Assembly (NCBI GenBank): GCA_965226065.1
Contig: OZ245332.1
Coordinates: 1,316,774-1,380,773, forward strand
Length of the DNA stretch: 64,000 bases
From: Spirochaetia bacterium
GTDB taxonomy: Bacteria > Spirochaetota > Spirochaetia > WTKD01 > G963693115
Direction: 5' to 3'
The notes beneath the pieces are model-generated. The model was not told where the DNA came from, ran no database searches, and worked only from the letters and a program-made list of their open reading frames with translations. Positions 57,591 to 64,000 of this stretch are shown here, in pieces. Each line of letters starts with the position of its first letter. The stretch's first letter is position 1. The position numbers were made by a program, and so were the translations under genes.

Positions 57591-58754
57591 ATAATAAAAA
57601 GTATACATCTTACAAACTTTAAAGTTTTTAAAGAACTTCATGTAGAAAACATTCCCGATATGGCTATATTTATTGGTGCAAATGGTACGGGAAAGTCTAC
57701 TTTGTTTGGTGTTTTTAATTTTTTACACGATGCAGTTAGATACAATGTCACGCAAGCCTTAGCGTTAAGAGGTGGTTTTAAAGAGCTTATAAGCCGTGGA
57801 TGTAGTGAGAAAGATTCAATTGTAATTGAACTTACGCTTCTTGCGAAGATAGAGAAAAAAGAGAGGCTTCTTACCTATCGTTTTGAGATAAAAAGTAATA
57901 AAATTACAATAATAGAAAAACTCACTTATACACCGGACGATGCTAAAGAAGAAATACTTCTTCAATGTACAAATGGTAAGGGATGGGCAACAGCTTGTGA
58001 ATTTAAAGAAAAACCGGTCAAGAAAGAAAGACATATTGAATCTGATGGCTTAATGATAGGGGTCTTGGGATACTTTAAGGTATTTCAGTCAGCTGCAGCG
58101 TTTAGAAATTTTATTATACAATTCCATCTTTCAAATTTTCACATATCCCAAGCACAAGTTATTCAAAATGCAGGATATGCGGAATACTTGTCTGCCACAA
58201 GAGAGCAGTTATCATTGATTGCACGCGTTATGCTTGAGAAATATCCCGATATTTTTGAAGAAGTTCTTGAAAAGATGAAAAGTTGTGTTCCTGGCATAAC
58301 AGATGTCAAAGCAGAAATTACGGTTGATGGACGCACCGTGCTGCGTTTTTCTGATGCTGCATTTATAGATCCTTTTCTTGCAAAAAATGTTTCTGACGGA
58401 ACAATAAAAGTGTTTGCTTGTTTGATAATGCTCTATAATCCTAAGAAATATTCGTTGCTTTGTATTGAAGAGCCGGAAAATCAACTGTATCCAAGTTTGC
58501 TCAATAGCTTGCTTGAAGAATTTAGACTGTATGCTAAGCGTAAATCTGGTAGTCAAGTTTTTATGAGCTCGCATTCTCCACATTTACTTACTGCAGCAAG
58601 GTTTGAAGAAGTATATTGGCTTGTAAAAGAAAAAGGCTTTACCATTATCAAAAGAGCAAAAAATGATGAGAAAGTTTACGCTCACCTCAATGCAGGAGAT
58701 ACGCTTGGAGAGTTGTGGACACAAAATTACTTGGATGGAGCAAATCCAAAGTAG
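57591..58754 (+). CDS. ABC/AAA_21-type ATPase
   Basis: IKSIHLTNFKVFK (from 57591, no ATG), GANGTGKS, VSDGT, IEEPEN and SSHSP; first ATG is 57660. Confidence 0.85.
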   Translation: MIKSIHLTNFKVFKELHVENIPDMAIFIGANGTGKSTLFGVFNFLHDAVRYNVTQALALRGGFKELISRGCSEKDSIVIELTLLAKIEKKERLLTYRFEIKSNKITIIEKLTYTPDDAKEEILLQCTNGKGWATACEFKEKPVKKERHIESDGLMIGVLGYFKVFQSAAAFRNFIIQFHLSNFHISQAQVIQNAGYAEYLSATREQLSLIARVMLEKYPDIFEEVLEKMKSCVPGITDVKAEITVDGRTVLRFSDAAFIDPFLAKNVSDGTIKVFACLIMLYNPKKYSLLCIEEPENQLYPSLLNSLLEEFRLYAKRKSGSQVFMSSHSPHLLTAARFEEVYWLVKEKGFTIIKRAKNDEKVYAHLNAGDTLGELWTQNYLDGANPK

Positions 58755-58765
58755 ATACAAATGTT

Positions 58766-59404
58766 ATGGGCGATATTTTAGAAGTACTTGTTGAAGAGGA
58801 ATCTATGCAAGTTTTTTTAGAGATATTCTTGCCTACCATACTTCCTAAAAAATTTGTTCTTAATACAAATTGTTATATTCGTCCACATAATGGGAAAGCG
58901 AATTTGAGAAAATCAATTCCTAGAAAAGTAGATGCATATAGAGCTTATAAAAACAAGCGTGTGCATCTTTTAATACTTCACGATCAGGACTCAAATGATT
59001 GTAAAAAATTGAAAAAAACACTGAAAGATCTTGTGGAAAAAAATAAGAGCGATACTCAAAACTTGCAATACAAGATTATCATTGTGTGTAGAGAACTCGA
59101 AAATTGGTATTTTGGTGACTTAGATGCGTTAAAAAAAGTAACAGGTTTTACTACGGACAAGCTAAAAAACAAAAGTAGATTTAGAAATGTAGAAAGTAGA
59201 TTTAGAAATGTAGAAAGTAGATTTAGAAATGTAGATCAGATTCATGTGCCTGGAGATACAGAATTACAGAAACTTGTGCAGCAGTATGGTAAATCAAATC
59301 TTGCGAAGAAAATGGCTAAGTATTTATGTAAAGACAAAAATAAATCTCAAAGTTTCCAAAACCTTATAAAGGGTCTTGAAACACTCACAAATGCCACAAA
59401 GTGA
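58766..59404 (+). CDS. DUF4276-family (TOPRIM-like) protein
   Basis: VLVEEESM..FL, HNGK, LHDQDSND, RELENWYFGD and KSQSF; recognised by eye. Confidence 0.8.
   Translation: MGDILEVLVEEESMQVFLEIFLPTILPKKFVLNTNCYIRPHNGKANLRKSIPRKVDAYRAYKNKRVHLLILHDQDSNDCKKLKKTLKDLVEKNKSDTQNLQYKIIIVCRELENWYFGDLDALKKVTGFTTDKLKNKSRFRNVESRFRNVESRFRNVDQIHVPGDTELQKLVQQYGKSNLAKKMAKYLCKDKNKSQSFQNLIKGLETLTNATK
59172..59234 (+). repeat. 21-bp tandem repeat x3, in frame (SRFRNVE)
   Basis: aaagtagatttagaaatgtag x3. Confidence 0.95.
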
Positions 59405-59503
59405 AATTTCTTTTAGACGAATAATGTTGATGTATCAGTTCTTTGTATAAATATGCTTGGGTAATTAATATAATACGTTAATGTTATATAATATAAATTA
59501 GGC

Positions 59504-60571
59504 ATGAGTAATCTAATTAAGGATATTACACGCGAATCGTGGCTTTTAAATACATTTCCTGAATGGGGTACATGGCTTAATGAAGAAATAGAAGCAGAAG
59601 AGATAAAAAAAAATACCTTTGCTTTGTGGTGGCTTGGGTGCATGGGATTATGGCTTAAAACTGATGATGACACGCATTTGTGTATGGACTTGTGGTGCAA
59701 AACAGGTAAGCAAACCAAGCAAGAAAAGCTCATGAAAAAGCAGCATCAGCACCAGCGCATGATAGGTTGTGTAAATCTGCAGCCTAATTTACGAAATTCG
59801 CCCTGTGTTATAGATCCATTTGCAATTAAAAACCTTCATGCACTGCTTGCGACCCATGATCACAGTGACCACATAGACCCCAATGTCGCGGCAGCTGTTA
59901 TACAAAATTGTGATGATAGTGTTCCTTTTATTGGACCTGAGTCCTGTGTTGCTTTGTGGACACAGTGGGGAGTACCAGAATCTCGATGCAAAACTGTCGT
60001 TCCTGGAGATCTTGTAAAAATACGAGATGTAGAAATTGTCGTTTTAGAATCTTTTGATAGAACAGAACTTGTAACTAGCAGCTCGCCACAGCGGTTGAAA
60101 GGCACTATGCCCATGGACATGAACCGTAAGGCAGTGAACTATCTTATAAAAACTTCTGGTGGTAATCTTTACCATGCAGGCGATTCTCACTATTCAAATT
60201 ATTTTGCCAAGCATGGAAATGATCATAGCATCGACGTCGCTGTTGGCGCGTATGGAGAGAATCCTCGAGGTATGACAGACAAACTTACTTCTGTCGATAT
60301 TTTACGCATGGCAGAGTCTTTGAATGCAAAAGTTGTCATTCCATTGCATCATGATATCTGGACAAATTTTCAAGCCGATACGCGGGAAATTTTGATGTTG
60401 TGGGAGCTAAAGCAACGTAGATTACGCTACACCTTTATGCCATTTATTTGGCAAGTAGGTGGTAAGTTTATCTACCCGCGCGATAAAGATATTATTGAGT
60501 TTCAGCATAGAAGAGGTTTTGAAGATGCCTTTGCAATAGAACCTGATTTACCATTTCCTTCTATGCTTTAG
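59504..60571 (+). CDS. ulaG: L-ascorbate-6-phosphate lactonase
   Basis: [38 protein letters not shown] and PLHHDIW. Confidence 0.95.
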   Translation: MSNLIKDITRESWLLNTFPEWGTWLNEEIEAEEIKKNTFALWWLGCMGLWLKTDDDTHLCMDLWCKTGKQTKQEKLMKKQHQHQRMIGCVNLQPNLRNSPCVIDPFAIKNLHALLATHDHSDHIDPNVAAAVIQNCDDSVPFIGPESCVALWTQWGVPESRCKTVVPGDLVKIRDVEIVVLESFDRTELVTSSSPQRLKGTMPMDMNRKAVNYLIKTSGGNLYHAGDSHYSNYFAKHGNDHSIDVAVGAYGENPRGMTDKLTSVDILRMAESLNAKVVIPLHHDIWTNFQADTREILMLWELKQRRLRYTFMPFIWQVGGKFIYPRDKDIIEFQHRRGFEDAFAIEPDLPFPSML

Positions 60572-60607
60572 CGTGTATGAAAATTAATTTTTAAAGAGGA
60601 GGATGCG

Positions 60608-61951
60608 ATGAGAGAAATACTAGATTTTTTCATCAATGATTTTTTACGACAAGCTCCACTTGTCTTGGCTTTGGTAACCGCTATTGGTTATATTGCCATG
60701 AAACGTTCATTTTCAGATGTTATCACGGGTGCAATAAAAACTGCAGTCGGTTTTAGGATTTTACAAGTTGGTGCGGGAAATTTAGTTGGTACCTTTCGTC
60801 CCATTCTCTTTCAGATTAGTGAGCGTTTTGGAATACAAGGCGTTATTTTAGATCCTTACGCGGGCTGGCCTGCAGCGCAAACTGCCTTAAGCGAAGGTGT
60901 GAACATTCAAGGGCAAACCTACGATGCGGTAGCGTGGATAGGTTATGTAATGATTTTAGGCCTCTTTTTGAATATTCTTCTTGTTATGTTTAGAAAAATA
61001 ACGGGAGTGAGAACAGTATTTCTTACAGGGCATATTATGGTGCAGCAGTCTGCTATGGCAGTGTGGTTCACGTATTATATTTTCAGATTTTCTACCGTGC
61101 TTCCAACTATTTTAGTTGCAACATTTTTCATCGGTTGTTACTGGGCGATTATGTCAAACGCAACATTTAAGTACACGCAAAAACTTACGAACAATGCCGG
61201 TTTTGCCGTAGGACATCAGCAAATGCTCGGTGTATGGATTGCTGGAAAATTTTCAAAATATCTAGGAAATCCGGAAGATACGGTTGATAATATTAAATTG
61301 CCAAAGTTTCTCCACTTTTTTAAGGATAATGTTGCCGCATCGGCGGTCATTATGACTATTTTCTTCGGACCGCTTATGCTCTTGCTTGGACCTGAAGGAA
61401 TTCAAGCTATAAAGCCAGGACAGAATTGGATTATAACACTTGTGTATACATGCCTTGCATTCCCTGTAAATATTGCCATTTTGCAAGTCGGTGTTAAGAT
61501 GTTTGTAGCGGAGCTTACTACATCGTTTGAAGGCATTCGCGAAAAACTCATTCCCGGATCTGCTATTGCTATTGATTGTGCGGCAACATACGGATTTGCA
61601 TCCGAAGCTATTTTATTTGGATTCGTCTTTGGTGCATTAGGGCAAATTCTCGGTGTTGTAGCTTTGTTGGCGTTTTCATCGCCTATACTTATTATTCCCG
61701 GTTTTGTCCCCTTGTTTTTTGATAACGCTACTATCGGAGTTTTTGCAAACAAGTTTGGTGGGTGGCGTGCAACTGTTATTTTGTGTTTTTCATCAGGACT
61801 TTTGCAAGTTCTCGGCGGTGCTGTCGCAGCTTCGTGGTCGGGGCTTGCGAAATACGGAGGCTGGGGAGGCAACTTTGATCTTGATACTTTGTGGGTAGGC
61901 GTTATGGGTATTTTTAAGCTTATCGCAAGTTTATTTGGATTTGGCGCTTAA
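60608..61951 (+). CDS. ulaA: PTS ascorbate transporter IIC
   Basis: IKTAVGF, FLTGHI, GHQQ, AIDCAA and PLFF.NA. Confidence 0.92.
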   Translation: MREILDFFINDFLRQAPLVLALVTAIGYIAMKRSFSDVITGAIKTAVGFRILQVGAGNLVGTFRPILFQISERFGIQGVILDPYAGWPAAQTALSEGVNIQGQTYDAVAWIGYVMILGLFLNILLVMFRKITGVRTVFLTGHIMVQQSAMAVWFTYYIFRFSTVLPTILVATFFIGCYWAIMSNATFKYTQKLTNNAGFAVGHQQMLGVWIAGKFSKYLGNPEDTVDNIKLPKFLHFFKDNVAASAVIMTIFFGPLMLLLGPEGIQAIKPGQNWIITLVYTCLAFPVNIAILQVGVKMFVAELTTSFEGIREKLIPGSAIAIDCAATYGFASEAILFGFVFGALGQILGVVALLAFSSPILIIPGFVPLFFDNATIGVFANKFGGWRATVILCFSSGLLQVLGGAVAASWSGLAKYGGWGGNFDLDTLWVGVMGIFKLIASLFGFGA

Positions 61952-61998
61952 TATGAAAACACGCTGTAATAACAAAAAAATATAAAAGGAGAACGCTA

Positions 61999-62310
61999 AT
62001 GACTATTGTATGTGTATGTGGAAGTGGCATGGGAACGAGTTTTGTCATTAAAAATAAAGTTTCACAATTTCTGAAACAACATGACATAGAAGCTACGGTG
62101 GAAAGCGGTTCTATTAGTTCGCTTGGTACCAGTTTGCAAAGTTGTGATATCGTGTTGTGTCAACAATACTTAGGAGACAAACTGGAAGGAAAAGTAAACA
62201 AAGATAAGCAAGTAGTACTTTTAATTAAAAACTTAATGGATGCTAATGAGTACGGTCCAATGATTTTAGAAGCTTCTGAAGCTATAAAGAAACATCATGA
62301 TGGTGCATGA
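61999..62310 (+). CDS. ulaB: PTS ascorbate transporter IIB
   Basis: CVCGSGMGTS motif; operon context. Confidence 0.9.
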   Translation: MTIVCVCGSGMGTSFVIKNKVSQFLKQHDIEATVESGSISSLGTSLQSCDIVLCQQYLGDKLEGKVNKDKQVVLLIKNLMDANEYGPMILEASEAIKKHHDGA

Positions 62311-62767
62311 ATTTATTGTTTCTCAAAACACATATGTGCTTAACGCAGAAGCTGAAAATTGGCAAGAGGCGGTAAAAATTGGTACGAATATTTTAGAGCA
62401 AAAAGGTTTTATAAAACCTACGTATTATGAAGATATTGTGCGTCAGCATAAAGAGATTGGACCTTATTACGTTATTGCGCCCGGCATAGCCATGCCTCAT
62501 AGCAATCCTGAAAAAGGTGTTATAAAAACATGCTGGTCGCTTGTAACCTTAGGTACACCGATTGATTTTGGCAGTGAAGGAAATGACCCCATAGATATTA
62601 TTCTTACCCTTGCGTCAGTTGATACGAAAGAGCATAACGAACAAAGCATTGTACAAGTTGTAGAAATATTTGATACTCCACCACTTGTTGAAGCTATACG
62701 AAATGCACAAAATGTTGAAGAACTAGTGCGTGGGTTTCAATTGTATTACAAAGTACCGGTAGAATAA
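62297..62767 (+). CDS. ulaC: PTS ascorbate transporter IIA
   Basis: WQEAV, GPYYVIAPGIAMPH and GNDPIDI. Confidence 0.9.
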   Translation: MMVHEFIVSQNTYVLNAEAENWQEAVKIGTNILEQKGFIKPTYYEDIVRQHKEIGPYYVIAPGIAMPHSNPEKGVIKTCWSLVTLGTPIDFGSEGNDPIDIILTLASVDTKEHNEQSIVQVVEIFDTPPLVEAIRNAQNVEELVRGFQLYYKVPVE

Positions 62768-62796
62768 ATAAAATACCTATAACATAAGGAAGTCAT

Positions 62797-63459
62797 ATGA
62801 ATAATCCATTATTACAAGTTGCGCTTGATGTACAAACGTCAAATGAAGCAATAACGATAACAGAGAAAATAATTCCATCTATCAATGTAGTAGAAGCAGG
62901 TACTATTTTGTGCATTTCTGAAGGGCTTACCGCTGTTTCAAAACTTCGTGCTGCATTTCCACAACACATAATTTTAGCTGATATAAAAATGGCAGATGCA
63001 GGGTCGACGCTTGCAAAAATGTGTGCAGAACATGGAGCAGATTGGGTTACGGTTATTTGTTGCGCACCCATTGCAACCATTGAAAAGGCTTTGCAAACAA
63101 TGAAAGATCTTCGTGCAGAAAAAGGCGATGTGCAAATTGAACTGTATGGTAATTGGACTTGGGATGAAGCTATAACATGGAAAAGCGCAGGCGTCACGCA
63201 GCTTGTGTATCACCGCGGAAGAGACGCAGCGGCAGCAGGGCAAGCATGGACGGAAGTTGACGTATCTAAAATAAAAAAATTGTGTGATATGGGCTTTGAG
63301 GTTTCGGTTACTGGCGGTATAGAAGTTTCGGATGTACATTTTTTTCAAGGGCTTGCTATAAAAGCTTTTATTGCAGGCAGAAGCCTTACTACATCTTCCA
63401 ATCCCTTACAAGCGGCACAGCTTTTACGTACCGAAATAGATAAATACTGGAAACCTTAA
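62797..63459 (+). CDS. ulaD: 3-keto-L-gulonate-6-phosphate decarboxylase
   Basis: LQVALD, EAGTILC, LADIKMADAG, QIELYG, YHRGRD and FIAGR. Confidence 0.95.
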   Translation: MNNPLLQVALDVQTSNEAITITEKIIPSINVVEAGTILCISEGLTAVSKLRAAFPQHIILADIKMADAGSTLAKMCAEHGADWVTVICCAPIATIEKALQTMKDLRAEKGDVQIELYGNWTWDEAITWKSAGVTQLVYHRGRDAAAAGQAWTEVDVSKIKKLCDMGFEVSVTGGIEVSDVHFFQGLAIKAFIAGRSLTTSSNPLQAAQLLRTEIDKYWKP

Positions 63460-63484
63460 CGCTGTAGCGCAGCTAAATATTTGC

Positions 63485-64000
63485 ATGAGTGAAAAACTGT
63501 ATCAACTTCCCCTCGGTCTTTATGAAAAAGCATTACCACCTTTAAAAAATTGGCATACACTTTTAGAAGAAGTAAAAACACTTGGCTTTGTTTTTATGGA
63601 AATGTCTATAGACGAATCCGATGCACGTCTTAAGCGACTGTACTGGCAAAAGCGTGAAATAACACAAGTTATAAACGCAGGCAAAAGCGTTGGCATACGC
63701 ATACCCAGCATATGTTTAAGTTGTCATCGGGCTACTCCATTTGGCAGCGTTCGCAAAACAGTGCGCGTACAAGCACTCAATAGAATGAAACGTGCTATCA
63801 CGCTTGCAGATGCCTTAGGTGTGCGGGTTATTCAACTTGCAGGCTATGACGTGTACTACGAAAAGGCACATGCAAAATCGCTTGAATATTTTTTAGAAGG
63901 CTTGCAAAAATCTGTAGACTATGCGGCGCAGGCACAGGTTATGCTTGGTATGGAAATAATGGATACTCAGTTTATGAATAGTATTTCAAAATTTTTGTCG
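63485..64000 (+). CDS. ulaE: L-ribulose-5-phosphate 3-epimerase, 5' part (runs off window end)
   Basis: ATG at 63485: MSEKLYQLPLGLYEKALP...EMSIDESD.RL.RL...CLSCHR..P.GS...IQLAGYDVYYE...MEIMDT; missing from the ORF track. Confidence 0.93.
   Translation, partial: MSEKLYQLPLGLYEKALPPLKNWHTLLEEVKTLGFVFMEMSIDESDARLKRLYWQKREITQVINAGKSVGIRIPSICLSCHRATPFGSVRKTVRVQALNRMKRAITLADALGVRVIQLAGYDVYYEKAHAKSLEYFLEGLQKSVDYAAQAQVMLGMEIMDTQFMNSISKFLS

Noticed and set aside
1-64000. tRNA, rRNA, IS/transposase, integrase or prophage genes
   Set aside because: None recognisable by eye; tRNAscan-SE, Infernal and ISEScan runs would be needed to exclude degenerate copies.

Overview
AT-rich bacterial chromosome segment, most likely from a host-associated spirochete. 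This is inferred from DUF2259-like, DUF6657-like and NusG-domain-II genes, the rpoN-hprK-HPr cluster and the lolC/D/E-ftsY cluster. Housekeeping and metabolic genes include pntB, aspA, aspS, aroDE, ctpA, lol, ftsY, prfB, thiMED/tenA, eda-kdgK, thyX, rpoN, hprK, ptsH, holA and ulaGABCDE. They surround two accessory or defence regions. Region 1 (about 5.5-26.9 kb) is a nested restriction-modification hotspot. In order it holds a coiled-coil membrane gene, a 15-unit modular TPR array fused to a DUF2971-like domain (these two genes share a duplicated 163-bp leader), two tandem type III Mod genes with different TRDs, tnaA plus an NSS transporter, a type II R-M pair sitting inside a hollowed-out third mod gene, a SIR2-like DUF4917 gene, a frameshifted type III res, and a C5-methylase plus GHKL-ATPase-HEPN pair bracketed by 77-bp direct repeats and a collapsed second res. 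Region 2 (about 54.6-59.4 kb) holds a ThaI-family R-M pair, an NHL lipoprotein pseudogene and an ABC-ATPase + DUF4276 pair. Other oddities are a tandem tenA duplication with a reciprocal Cys/Tyr swap at the active site, a strongly purine-skewed codon tract inside ctpA, and several 'telescoped' gene remnants. I found no rRNA, tRNA, CRISPR array, integrase or transposase. Family names come from motif recognition by eye, not database searches.
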